Positions 20,957 through 30,952 of a stretch of 64,000 bases of DNA are shown here, piece by piece (the stretch's first letter is position 1; every line of letters starts with the position of its first letter). The notes beneath the pieces are model-generated. The model was not told where the DNA came from, did not search any database, and saw only the letters and a list, made by a program, of their open reading frames with translations. The stretch comes from Sulfolobales archaeon (lineage in GTDB: Archaea > Thermoproteota > Thermoprotei_A > Sulfolobales > AG1), in NCBI GenBank assembly GCA_038867615.1, contig JAWBYA010000001.1, positions 384,001 through 448,000 of the forward strand, written 5' to 3'. The translations under genes and the position numbers were made by a program.

Positions 20957-21679
20957 ATGTGGGATAGCAGGATACCGATCGGTATTTATGCGAGGCTCTA
21001 TGCCAGTTGGAAGAGGGTTTTGAGAGAGGTTAGGATAATTGAGGGTATTTTTAGAAAACACGGTGTTAGGAGGATTGTTGAGTTCGGATGCGGCCTGGGT
21101 AGGCATGGCTATCTCCTCTCGAAGAGGGGTTTCGATGTTCTTCTAACAGATATAGAGGATCGGAGGTTCGGTGTCGCTAAGAAGCTGCCTTTCAAGAGAT
21201 ATAACCTCCTCGAAGGCGGCTCAATAGGTGTTTTCGAGGGGGGATATGCTGTTGGTGTTATCACACTCTTTAGATACGAGGATATAGTAAGGATTCTGAG
21301 GAACATAAAGAGCGTGATAGGCAGTGGCATCTTTGTCTTTGACTATAACTTCACACCATACATAGATCCTGAGAAGGTCGAGGTAAGGATCAATGGGAAG
21401 AAATACATAGCTATCCTCGAAGAGAATAAATACACACAGATAAACGGAGGACTTATCTACGAATACAGGGTCAGGGTTGTTGATGAGAATGGCAGCACTG
21501 TGGGGGTGGAGGAGGCATCCTATCCAATATATAATAAAGAAGAGATACTAAGAGCGATCGAAGAGGCTGGATATATGGTTAAAGAAATAGCCTGGGTCTC
21601 ATGGGATCCCCTCGAATATATCTATAAACCAAGCGATGAAGAGTCTGATAGCGCATTCATAGCAATAACACCTAGATAA
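20957..21679 (+). CDS. Class I SAM-dependent methyltransferase
   Basis: IVEFGCGLGRH motif I, VLLTD motif II. Confidence 0.82.
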   Translation: MWDSRIPIGIYARLYASWKRVLREVRIIEGIFRKHGVRRIVEFGCGLGRHGYLLSKRGFDVLLTDIEDRRFGVAKKLPFKRYNLLEGGSIGVFEGGYAVGVITLFRYEDIVRILRNIKSVIGSGIFVFDYNFTPYIDPEKVEVRINGKKYIAILEENKYTQINGGLIYEYRVRVVDENGSTVGVEEASYPIYNKEEILRAIEEAGYMVKEIAWVSWDPLEYIYKPSDEESDSAFIAITPR

Positions 21680-21948
21680 TAGCCATCCATATACCCACAC
21701 CCACTGGTTTTCCCGGGATACGTCGGATCGTGAGCTTGTTTCGGCATACAAAGGGAGTGGCATAGTGATGCCTGCTTTTCCCTAACGGCTATGTCGCATT
21801 GTAACAAGCATGCTATGTAGATCTATAGATCTATAATAACCAGGATCATTTAAAACTCCACCCAGTATTAGTGTAGCTTTCTCTATTCCATTCTAGATCC
21901 GGTAAAGGCGGTTGGTTTCTTAGGCAAAGGATAATCCTGTTTAGAGGA

Positions 21949-23874
21949 TTATTTTCCGGTCCAGGAAGGGTGTTTTCTATGTAAGAATGATCTCATTCCC
22001 TCTGCGAAATCCTCTGTAGATGCTAGCTCGGCTAGCTCGTGTAATCCTTTCTCGAGGATCTGTTTGTACATGTTCTTATAGGTTTTAGAGATCTCTTTTA
22101 TTGCTCTTATTGAGAGGGGGGCTAGTCTTGTGATCTTATTGACATACTCGACTCCTGTGATCTCGAGCTGGTCTTTTGGCACAACCACATCAACGATCCC
22201 TAGTTGTTTAGCTTCCTCAGCATCCATATGCTCTCCTGTGAGGCAGTATCTTGTTATTTTTCTCCCTATGATGGCTTGGCCTAGTGATGATGCTATTGGG
22301 GGTATTGCTCCTATGAGTCCTTCTGGGACTGAGAATGTTGCGTCCTCGCTTGCGATCACTATGTCGAAGAGTAGGTTTATCTCTAAGCCTCCTCCGAATG
22401 CTATTCCGTTGACTAGGGAGATTATGGGTTTCTCATAGTTTATAATAGTGTCGAGCAGTTGTGAGACTGTTTTCATGAAGAACTCTCTACCATCTGAAGG
22501 GCTTTTCCACGACCCCATCATCGCGATATCGTCTCCCGCACTAAACGCTCTCCCCCTACCTGTTATGATTACGACTCTAACCTCTGGGTCTCTCTCGGCT
22601 TGTGTGAAGGCTTGGTTTAATCCTCTCCACATTTCTTCGTTGAGTGCGTTTAGCTTTTCAGGCCTGTTCATAGTGATTAGGGCGTAGTTATGTCTCTTCT
22701 CGTAAAGGACTGGTCCGAACTCTCTCTTCTCATAAGTCCATCTGTAGAAGCCCTCTCCGGTCTTCTTCCCCAGTCTCCCTTCTCGAGCCATGTTGGAGAG
22801 CAATGGATCGATGTTTCTACCCTCAAGAGCTTTTAGAATACTATCTATCCCGAAATCATCGGCCATCTCTAGCACGCCTTTGGGATAGGACATCCCGAGA
22901 ACCATGGCCTTATCTATGCTATCTCTATCTGCGACATTGTTTCTCAAGAGCCATGCTGCCTCATTCACACCTGGTGCTATTATTCTTAGAGGGTTAAGCC
23001 TGTAGGCATGCCTCGGGGATATCTTCGCCCTATCCTGGGGATCGGTGTACTCGTAAAAACCCCTGCCTGTTTTTACGCCGAGCCTGTTCTCTTTGATCAT
23101 TTTTTCCGTAATCTTGGGGATCTCTATATCCATGCCTCTTTCAGCGGCTTCCTTCATCATGTTATAGATCGTATCAACCCCGCTGGAGTCTATCGCTTCG
23201 AAGGGGCCTAGCGGCATCCCGATCCTGTGCCTTGCAACAGCATCGATCTCCTCTGGTTTGTGGCCCTCTTCTAAGAGTCTCAGGGCCTCGCTAAGGATCC
23301 TCAGGTTTATCCTGTTAGCAACAAAGCCCGGGACATCTTTCTCCACAACTATATACTCCACACCAATTGATCTGATAAACTCTGTGGTTTTTCTAAGCGT
23401 GTGCTCACTTACCCCTTCTCCCTTCACTATCTCTACAAATCTAGCACGGATCGGTGTTCCGAGGAAGTTAAGCCCCATAACCCTATCCTGTCTCTTCACA
23501 GCAGAGGCTATATAGGATACCGGGGTTATGGGGGTTATTGTTGAGAGTACAGCGTCTGATCTACAGCTCTCATCAAGCACCCTGAGCATTTCTCTCTTAA
23601 CCTCGGCTCTCTCATCAAGAGCCTCGATAACAAAATCAGCCTCCCTACAAGCCTCGGTCAGGCTCTCCACAACCCTTACCCTATTAGCCGCGTCTACAGC
23701 GATCTCCGATGCCTCTTTTCCTCCAAGCCTTCTCAGACTTTGGCTAATCTCTGCTGCAACAGATCCTATGGTTTCCCTCGAAATAGCAGCGAGATCCACA
23801 TAGAAACCGGCAATCGCGCAGAGAGCTGCAACCCCCCTACCTATAGTTCCAGCCCCAACGACTAGAATCCTCAT
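21949..23874 (-). CDS. 3-hydroxyacyl-CoA dehydrogenase / enoyl-CoA hydratase fusion (dehydrogenase active site degenerate)
   Basis: N-terminal GAGTIG, KDVPGFVANR, GVKTGRGFY; C-terminal crotonase NRPEKLNAL, AFSAGDDI, GGGLE, PEG. Confidence 0.88.
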   Translation of the reverse strand: MRILVVGAGTIGRGVAALCAIAGFYVDLAAISRETIGSVAAEISQSLRRLGGKEASEIAVDAANRVRVVESLTEACREADFVIEALDERAEVKREMLRVLDESCRSDAVLSTITPITPVSYIASAVKRQDRVMGLNFLGTPIRARFVEIVKGEGVSEHTLRKTTEFIRSIGVEYIVVEKDVPGFVANRINLRILSEALRLLEEGHKPEEIDAVARHRIGMPLGPFEAIDSSGVDTIYNMMKEAAERGMDIEIPKITEKMIKENRLGVKTGRGFYEYTDPQDRAKISPRHAYRLNPLRIIAPGVNEAAWLLRNNVADRDSIDKAMVLGMSYPKGVLEMADDFGIDSILKALEGRNIDPLLSNMAREGRLGKKTGEGFYRWTYEKREFGPVLYEKRHNYALITMNRPEKLNALNEEMWRGLNQAFTQAERDPEVRVVIITGRGRAFSAGDDIAMMGSWKSPSDGREFFMKTVSQLLDTIINYEKPIISLVNGIAFGGGLEINLLFDIVIASEDATFSVPEGLIGAIPPIASSLGQAIIGRKITRYCLTGEHMDAEEAKQLGIVDVVVPKDQLEITGVEYVNKITRLAPLSIRAIKEISKTYKNMYKQILEKGLHELAELASTEDFAEGMRSFLHRKHPSWTGK

Positions 23875-24147
23875 CTATGTCCCTACACTACCTTGGGCAA
23901 TAGTCTTTATAATACGTTAAAATATGTTAATCACCCCAGCTCTCTCACCTCCTTGTTCGTAGAGGATGAAAATGATACTCAATATTTTAAGGACAGGCTA
24001 TAGCTTACTCCGCTCTAACTAACCCGAGCTTTAAGATCGAAACATGGCGATCGGCGGCTTTGATTGAAATAGCTAGCGGTTAAGAGGTGAGAAAAAAGAT
24101 GTGACAATGTTTTATAGTGTAACGATGACCAGAGAGCCCCGGCATGG

Positions 24148-24600
24148 CTAGCCTTTCCTAGAGATCATGAGGATGGCTTCGAAAACTGCGACGAGCTCGT
24201 TCTTCTGGTTATACACCTCGTTCTTTATAGTAACCAGACCATTGTTATCCTTAAGCCTTTTATCAATAACCGTTAATCTAGCCCTAATAGTATCACCGAT
24301 CTTTACTGGTTTGACAAAGCGGAGCCGGTCTATTCCGTAAAAGGCTATGAGGCTGCCTTCAAAGATCCCGAGCCTCATCCACAATCCAGTCACAATGGAT
24401 ATTGTTAGGAGGCCGTGGGCGACTCTTCCGCCAAAGATTGTTTTAGAGGCAAAGATCTCGTCTGTGTGGAGGCTATAGAAATCACCACTCACACCAGCGA
24501 AGTTAACTATATCAGCCTCTGTTATGGTTCTTGCGGGGGTTTCGAATACCTGGCCTATTGAGAAATCCTCGTAGTAAAGGATAGGCACGATAGACACCAA
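24148..24600 (-). CDS. MaoC-family (R)-specific enoyl-CoA hydratase/dehydratase
   Basis: FAGVSGDFYSLHTD hydratase-2 motif, VAHG, FVKPVKIGDT. Confidence 0.9.
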   Translation of the reverse strand: MVSIVPILYYEDFSIGQVFETPARTITEADIVNFAGVSGDFYSLHTDEIFASKTIFGGRVAHGLLTISIVTGLWMRLGIFEGSLIAFYGIDRLRFVKPVKIGDTIRARLTVIDKRLKDNNGLVTIKNEVYNQKNELVAVFEAILMISRKG

Positions 24601-24710
24601 GCTTATTGATGATATGGGGGATTTATCATGACCCTCAAAAGGCTGGGGTGTGTGATATAGCTGTAATGATCCTTGTATGGGTTATCCTTAAAAAAAGATT
24701 AGACTGTTCT

Positions 24711-25889
24711 TTATCTTCTATACGGTGGCTTCTTCTTCAGCACTTTTAACGTGTTCTTTATGGTGCTGGGATTCCATATATAGTATGCCATTCCATGAGG
24801 CATTGTCAGGACTATGGTTATGAAGAGTACGCCTACAAATACTAGGCTCCATCCCCCGGCATAGTCGGCTACGAACCTCTCTATTATGGTTACAACTATA
24901 GCTCCTATGATTGAGCCTTCTATGGGGTATAGACCTCCTATTAGTGAGTAGATAAGACCATATACGGATAAGAGAGGGCTGAACGTTCTCTCTGGGTTTA
25001 TGTTAAATGCATATACCGCGTATAGGCTTCCGCTTACAGCTGCTATGGCTCCCGAGATCGACATGGCTATTGCTTTGTATATGAAGACGTTGTATCCAAG
25101 GCTGGCTGCTCTAGACTCGTTCTCCCTTATCGAGACCCATATTAATCCCAGGGGTGATTCCAGGATCTTTTTAATAGCCATGTGCACCGCAATGAGGATT
25201 GTTAGTGAGAGAATGTAGAGGTTAATCGAGATCCTGAGAGGCTCTGCCCTATTCGCTATGCTGTCTATGAGTAGTATTAGTGCTGACATGAGGATCAGTG
25301 ACAAGGGTATTATGGCTATACTAGATCTTGAAGCTCCTGCTTTGGAGCCTGATTTACCACCCCTCAGGATCGTATATATGGAGGCAGTGATAAGGATGGC
25401 TGTGAGGGCTAGGGGTATATATGATATTATTGTTGATGTTAGGAGCTGTGGTGTAGGGATCAACAATCCCTGCTCGGATCCGCTTATCGCCCTGAGCTCT
25501 CTTCTCGTATAGAGGAAGTAGACCATGAGGAGGACTGTTAGTGTTATGAAGGCGAAAGGTATGCCTCCAAAGGCTCTTCTAACTATTAGGGATAATAGGA
25601 ACCCGGCTGCGGCTCCAAAGATCATTGATATTGGTATCACTAATACGTATGGGATACCCCACCATATAGTCTGGTAAGCTGTGAGATACGCTCCAAGCCC
25701 GAAGAAAAGGGCATGTCCAAAGTTGAGGAGTCCTAGGTAGCCTAGGAGGAGTGCGAATGATAATGCATATATGGACATTATATAGCTGAAGGCTAGTATC
25801 GATACCAATCTGGAGACTCCTATGCTTTCCAGTGCTAGTGGTAATAGTGAGAGAACGGTATATATGATCGCTAGCCATGCGATCCTCAA
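24711..25889 (-). CDS. LivM-type ABC permease with an internal insertion
   Basis: GYLGLLNFGHALFFG, SIRENESRAASLG. Confidence 0.88.
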   Translation of the reverse strand: MRIAWLAIIYTVLSLLPLALESIGVSRLVSILAFSYIMSIYALSFALLLGYLGLLNFGHALFFGLGAYLTAYQTIWWGIPYVLVIPISMIFGAAAGFLLSLIVRRAFGGIPFAFITLTVLLMVYFLYTRRELRAISGSEQGLLIPTPQLLTSTIISYIPLALTAILITASIYTILRGGKSGSKAGASRSSIAIIPLSLILMSALILLIDSIANRAEPLRISINLYILSLTILIAVHMAIKKILESPLGLIWVSIRENESRAASLGYNVFIYKAIAMSISGAIAAVSGSLYAVYAFNINPERTFSPLLSVYGLIYSLIGGLYPIEGSIIGAIVVTIIERFVADYAGGWSLVFVGVLFITIVLTMPHGMAYYIWNPSTIKNTLKVLKKKPPYRR

Positions 25890-25892
25890 TCG

Positions 25893-26744
25893 CTACACCC
25901 TGAGGAGTCCTGAGGGTCTTAGCATGAGGACTGCTAGCATTAGGAGGAAGATCGATGGCTCTGCTAAGTATGGTGCGTAATAAGCTGATAGCTGTTGTGC
26001 TAACCCTGCTAGTAGTGATGCCACCATTGTCCCCCCTATGCTTCCTATCCCACCGATCACTACTATGGCGAACGCGTAGAGCAGGTAGTTTATCCCAAGA
26101 GTTGGATAGACACCCTGCCATGGAACCAATATGGACCCGGCTACTCCTGCTAGGATCGATCCTACTACGAATATCCCTGTAAACACACGCTCTATATTAA
26201 CCCCAAACGCCTGGATCATCTCTCTATCGTCTATCCCAGCTCTTATTATCATGCCGTATCTGGTTCTGTTGAAGAAGATATACACTGCTATTAGGAGAGC
26301 TATGCCCACCGCTATCACGAAAAGCCTGTATTTATAGATAATTGTTGGGCCGAGGAGTATGGTTCCTTCGAGCTCTGGTGGTAACCATATATAGGTTATA
26401 TCTCCCCATCGGAGCCATGCTACGCGGTCTAGCAGGAGCATGAGGCCTATTGTGATTATCGCCTGTGTTAGTGGTTCTCTTAGCCTTTTTAGCAATAGAT
26501 ACTCGATGAGGAAGCCCATCAAGCCTGTTATAGAGGCTGATGCTAGGATCCCTGCTAGTAAATTGCCTGTTCTTGAGGAAACCTCGTACCCAATATAGGC
26601 TCCCCACATGAACATGCTACCATGTGCGAAGTTAACGATCCTCATTAACCCAAAGATCACTGAGAGTCCTAGGGATAGTAGGAGGAATATAAAGCCCAGC
26701 GCAACCCCATCTATTATTGCCGATACAAGGATCTCTAGCGCCAT
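25893..26744 (-). CDS. LivH-type ABC permease
   Basis: GLSVIFGLMRIVNFAHG, VVIGGIGS, RPSGLL. Confidence 0.9.
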   Translation of the reverse strand: MALEILVSAIIDGVALGFIFLLLSLGLSVIFGLMRIVNFAHGSMFMWGAYIGYEVSSRTGNLLAGILASASITGLMGFLIEYLLLKRLREPLTQAIITIGLMLLLDRVAWLRWGDITYIWLPPELEGTILLGPTIIYKYRLFVIAVGIALLIAVYIFFNRTRYGMIIRAGIDDREMIQAFGVNIERVFTGIFVVGSILAGVAGSILVPWQGVYPTLGINYLLYAFAIVVIGGIGSIGGTMVASLLAGLAQQLSAYYAPYLAEPSIFLLMLAVLMLRPSGLLRV

Positions 26745-26754
26745 TCTAGATACC

Positions 26755-27480
26755 CTAGCTCATGGTGACTCCTAGGTATCTCTCTATAAGATCCCTGCTG
26801 CTCATGAGGTCCTTTACACCCCCCTGGGAGACGATCCTACCGTTATTCATTATAGCATACATACCCCCGATCTTCCTCATAAGCCATGGCTTTGTCTCAA
26901 CAATAACCACTCCCCGGTCCTCTCTCACAAGATCCTGGATAACTGAGGCTATTTTTGATGCATAGATCGGGCTAAGCCCTTCCGTCGGCTCGTCTATGAG
27001 GAATAGCTTTGCGTCTGGATGTGCTATCGCTCTAGCTATGTTTAGCATCTGCTGCTGCCCTCCGGAGAGCTGTTTCGCCCTGAGCTTCCTAAGTTTCTTG
27101 AGATCCGGGAAAACGGTGTAGATATATTCAAGCCTATCTAGGGTCTTCTTCCGTTCATGGATGTCGGAGAGCCCTACGAGCAGGTTTTCCTCAACAGTGA
27201 GGGTTGGGAAGAGCCTCCTATTATCAGGAATATATCTTATCCCCATCCTGGCTCTCTCATAGAGGGGCTTGCTGGTTATATCGATCCCCTCATAAAAGAT
27301 CCTGCCGCGCGATGGGCTTATAAAGCCCATTATGGTTTTCAAGAGCGTTGTTTTCCCCGCACCGTTTCTTCCCAGGATAAAGAGGACATCTCCCCTCTCA
27401 ACCCTTAGGCTGACCCCTTGGACCACGTATAGGTGTCCTAGGTAGGCGTGGAGATCCTGGATCTCAAGCATAGCCCTCAC
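26755..27480 (-). CDS. LivF-type ABC ATP-binding protein
   Basis: GRNGAGKTT, LSGGQQQM, IDEPTEGL. Confidence 0.9.
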   Translation of the reverse strand: MRAMLEIQDLHAYLGHLYVVQGVSLRVERGDVLFILGRNGAGKTTLLKTIMGFISPSRGRIFYEGIDITSKPLYERARMGIRYIPDNRRLFPTLTVEENLLVGLSDIHERKKTLDRLEYIYTVFPDLKKLRKLRAKQLSGGQQQMLNIARAIAHPDAKLFLIDEPTEGLSPIYASKIASVIQDLVREDRGVVIVETKPWLMRKIGGMYAIMNNGRIVSQGGVKDLMSSRDLIERYLGVTMS

Positions 27481-28228
27481 CTAAGTATGCCTCGATAACC
27501 TCTCTATTGTTCATTACACTGCTAGGCGGGCCCTCAGCTATCACGCTCCCCTCTTTCATGACGATCACGCGGTCTGCTAGCTCTTTCACAACCTCGATCT
27601 TGTGTTCCACTAAAATTATAGTTAGAGGATCGCTGTTACCCCTGAGCCTTCTTATCAAGCTCAGTATGGATGGTATCTCTTCTACTGATAAGCCTGATGT
27701 GGGTTCGTCGAGTAGAAGGAGCTTGGGTTTTCGAGATATTGCGAGGGCTATGTCGAGTTTTCTCTGATCGGCCTGTGTAAGGGATCCTGCTATAAAACGC
27801 TCCCTTCCACCAAGCCCTACAGCCTCGGCTATAGCTATTGCCTCTTCTAACAAATCGTATCTGTTCAGCCTCTTCAGCGGGTTTAGGGATGCACCGAATT
27901 CTCCGAGCCCTATGAGGAGGGCTATCTTTATGTTATCAAGCACCGAGAGGTTTGGAAAAATGCTTATGTTTTGAAAGGATCTACCTATACCCATCCTAGC
28001 TCTTTTATGGGCTGGGTAGCCTGTTATATCTTTCCCCTCAAAGATCACTCTACCCTTGTCGGGTAACAGCACTCCGCTTATCATGTTAAGCAGTGTTGTT
28101 TTCCCAGCACCGTTGGGGCCTATTATAGCCGTTATAGATCCCCTCTCTACAGATATAGAGACGTTGTTAACAGCTACGAGGCCTCCGAACCGCTTAGTAA
28201 GTCCGTGTGTCTCTAGGGTTGCTGTCAT
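27464..28228 (-). CDS. LivG-type ABC ATP-binding protein
   Basis: GPNGAGKTT, GRSFQ, LLDEPTSG, VEHK. Confidence 0.9.
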   Translation of the reverse strand: MTATLETHGLTKRFGGLVAVNNVSISVERGSITAIIGPNGAGKTTLLNMISGVLLPDKGRVIFEGKDITGYPAHKRARMGIGRSFQNISIFPNLSVLDNIKIALLIGLGEFGASLNPLKRLNRYDLLEEAIAIAEAVGLGGRERFIAGSLTQADQRKLDIALAISRKPKLLLLDEPTSGLSVEEIPSILSLIRRLRGNSDPLTIILVEHKIEVVKELADRVIVMKEGSVIAEGPPSSVMNNREVIEAYLGEGYA

Positions 28229-30063
28229 CTAGACCTCCTTCTCATAAGCGCTATTGCTACACCCACCACAACCAGAATTGCTATTATCACCGCCACCATG
28301 GTTGTATCTATCGCTTGCTCCGGCCGTGGTGTTGCTGGTGTCGTTACCTGCGGTGTTGTTTGTGGTGTTGTTATCTGGGGCGTTGGTGTTACCTCTGGTT
28401 TGAGGATCACTATTCCTGCTGAAGCGTTAGCCTTGAGTCCTATGGAGTCTGTACAGCTCAGCGTGATATTGATGATCCCTGGGTTTGTGAATGTATATGT
28501 TATGCTTGTTCCGCTCATGGATTTTTCTTCTATTCTCCATTCACAGGCATAGGGGGGAGTACCGCCCTCTATGACGGCTGTCAGTGTTGCTGTGAATGGT
28601 GCTGTTCCTGCTAGTGGTGATTTTACCGATACAGAGAATGTCTTGGGATAGGGTTTATAGCTTGTCAGGATTCTTGGGGCAACCTTTTCGGGTGGTATTG
28701 TTGCTATATATTCACCTATTGTGAGACCATATGTATCAGAGTTAGGATCATTGTCTACTATATATCTAACTATATAGAATGGTCTTAGAGCCTGGTGATC
28801 CTCAGGCCTTATGGTTGTGATCCCCATGGGGGTTTCAAGCGTTAGTCCCTCTAGGAAGGCTATCATCCTGTCCACGTTGAGATCAGGTACCGCCTTGATC
28901 GCTTCGACTATGAATTGGGCTGTTGCGAAGGCGGGCGGGTGCCATAGATCTGGGACTCTCGCTCCTGAGAGCTTATCTAGGGCCTTGCACGGGTTGCCCT
29001 TTAGGAAGTCGTATGGGTAGAGGTTCTCCTCCTTCATCATCTTCTCAAGCACTCCATATAGAGGGGTCTGGCTGGCTCTGTTTCTCACATAGGCATCATA
29101 GGTGACTGCTGTGATGTTAATCAGGGATCCTTGGACCCCTGGTACACAGTTATTTATATAGTTTGTTGTGAAGAGATCTATCATGACGCTGGCCAGCGGT
29201 ATTCTCCCAAGCATGTTGAGGGCTGAGAGATCCCTTATTATTAGGCTGAAATCGCCTGCCCATATTATCCCCAGCACCTCTGGGTTGGAGGCGTTTATCC
29301 TTAGTAGGTAGGGCTTAAAGTCTGTCGCTGTTAGGGGTACCCATTCAAGGGCGACAATCCTTGTTCCAGGGTATTTGGAGAGTGCTGCCTGTATCGACTC
29401 CATATATGACCAGCCGAACTCGTAATCAGCTGCTAGGAAGGCGAATCTCTTGTACCCTAGATTCTCAACCATGAAGTAGGTCATGGCTGCTGCATCCTGG
29501 TCGGTGTTCCTTGCAACTCTGAATACGTATTTATTAAACACAGGATCTTGTGTTATTGATGCAGCGGCTGCTGGGAATACGAAGTATAGCTTCTTATACT
29601 GTTTAGCTATTGAGGCTAGGGTTACTGCGAGGCTGCTGAATGTCTCTCCTGCTAGTATGTCTGCTCCCCACTCCTCTATGGCCTCCCTAGCCTTGGATAT
29701 GGCTACATCGGACTTCCCCTGTGTGTCGAACACTTTGACAACGATCCTCCTACCGTCTGGGAGGCTGTATGAGGCCTCCTTAAGCCCCATTAAGAGTGCG
29801 AGATTCTCGGGTTTTTTATCACCTGTAGCGTATTCTAGGCCTAGGTGGAAGCCCTGTATAGCCCATGTTCCATAGAAGTTCAGGGCAGGGGCTGTTCTGG
29901 GTTGGAAGAGTGCTATCTTGATCGTGGTTTTAGGGGCTTGGGCTGTTGCTACATCGGCTAGGGCTACCAATGCTGCTGCTAGGAGTATGGCTGTTATTGC
30001 CAGGGATCCTATTTGTTTTAACCTATATCGAGACTTATACCATATACCCACGGAACCTACCAT
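28225..30063 (-). CDS. LIV-type ABC substrate-binding protein with PKD-like domain, Pro/Thr linker and C-terminal membrane anchor
   Basis: Signal peptide; GFHLGLEYAT, FRVARNTDQDA, ADYEFG, IRPEDHQAL; GTAPFT..GGTPPY..YTFTNPG..TDSIG PKD-like segment; TPQITTPQTTP linker; TM helix plus RRRSR. Confidence 0.88.
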   Translation of the reverse strand: MVGSVGIWYKSRYRLKQIGSLAITAILLAAALVALADVATAQAPKTTIKIALFQPRTAPALNFYGTWAIQGFHLGLEYATGDKKPENLALLMGLKEASYSLPDGRRIVVKVFDTQGKSDVAISKAREAIEEWGADILAGETFSSLAVTLASIAKQYKKLYFVFPAAAASITQDPVFNKYVFRVARNTDQDAAAMTYFMVENLGYKRFAFLAADYEFGWSYMESIQAALSKYPGTRIVALEWVPLTATDFKPYLLRINASNPEVLGIIWAGDFSLIIRDLSALNMLGRIPLASVMIDLFTTNYINNCVPGVQGSLINITAVTYDAYVRNRASQTPLYGVLEKMMKEENLYPYDFLKGNPCKALDKLSGARVPDLWHPPAFATAQFIVEAIKAVPDLNVDRMIAFLEGLTLETPMGITTIRPEDHQALRPFYIVRYIVDNDPNSDTYGLTIGEYIATIPPEKVAPRILTSYKPYPKTFSVSVKSPLAGTAPFTATLTAVIEGGTPPYACEWRIEEKSMSGTSITYTFTNPGIINITLSCTDSIGLKANASAGIVILKPEVTPTPQITTPQTTPQVTTPATPRPEQAIDTTMVAVIIAILVVVGVAIALMRRRSR

Positions 30064-30067
30064 ATTC

Positions 30068-30952
30068 TCACCTCCTTACAAAAGGCAGATCCAGGGTTTC
30101 TCCGTTAATCATCATGGGTTCCTTTACGGGTTCGTATTCTCCTCTCTCAACTGCTGCTATGAATCTCCTCACAATGTTGTTGAACTCCCTAGCCCTCTCT
30201 ATATTAACCACATGCCCGGCTCCTTTGAATATTATTAGTGTTGAGTTCTTGATCTTTGAGTATAGCTTGAACGCGTTGGATAGGGGGACTACTCTATCAG
30301 CCTCTCCATGTATTATTAGCACCGGGCATTCTATCCTCGATACAGAGGCTGAGGCGTCGAAACCCAGTATAGCCATGGTCTGGTTCATGTAGGCATCATA
30401 GGGTTGTGGCTCTCTAACTCTAAGATCTATTAGTTTCTCGAAGAGATCCTTGTTGCTCTCGATCCATGTTTTTGATAGTGCGTAGCTCATCTTATACCTA
30501 TATAGATCCTTCTCATCCTTAATATGGGGAGGCGGGGGTCCATACATGGCTTTCAGCGTCTCATCGGGGGGTCTCTCTATATCTTTACCCCCGTGATGTG
30601 TAGCCACGAGTATTAGTGATCTAACCCTCTCTGGGTATTTCAGGGCGAACTGCTGTGCTATCATCCCTCCCATCGATACACCGAGTATGTGTGCCGATGC
30701 TACACTTAGGTTGTCGAGCACTGTTTTTAGATCTTCGGCGAAGAGATCCATGGTGTAGGGGTATTGCGGCTTATCAGACTTCCCAACGCCTCGGTTGTCA
30801 AATGCTATTACCATATGGTCTCTGGATAGATCCTCGATCTGTAGGATCCACATCCACATAGCGTATCCAAGCCCTTCAACGAGGGTTAGTGGGGGGCCTG
30901 AGCCCCTCACTTCATAGTAGATCCTGGCGTCACGGGATACTACGTATGGCAT
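30068..30952 (-). CDS. Alpha/beta hydrolase (enol-lactone hydrolase/esterase-like)
   Basis: DNRGVG, GVSMGG nucleophile elbow, HGEADRVVP, GAGH. Confidence 0.9.
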   Translation of the reverse strand: MPYVVSRDARIYYEVRGSGPPLTLVEGLGYAMWMWILQIEDLSRDHMVIAFDNRGVGKSDKPQYPYTMDLFAEDLKTVLDNLSVASAHILGVSMGGMIAQQFALKYPERVRSLILVATHHGGKDIERPPDETLKAMYGPPPPHIKDEKDLYRYKMSYALSKTWIESNKDLFEKLIDLRVREPQPYDAYMNQTMAILGFDASASVSRIECPVLIIHGEADRVVPLSNAFKLYSKIKNSTLIIFKGAGHVVNIERAREFNNIVRRFIAAVERGEYEPVKEPMMINGETLDLPFVRR

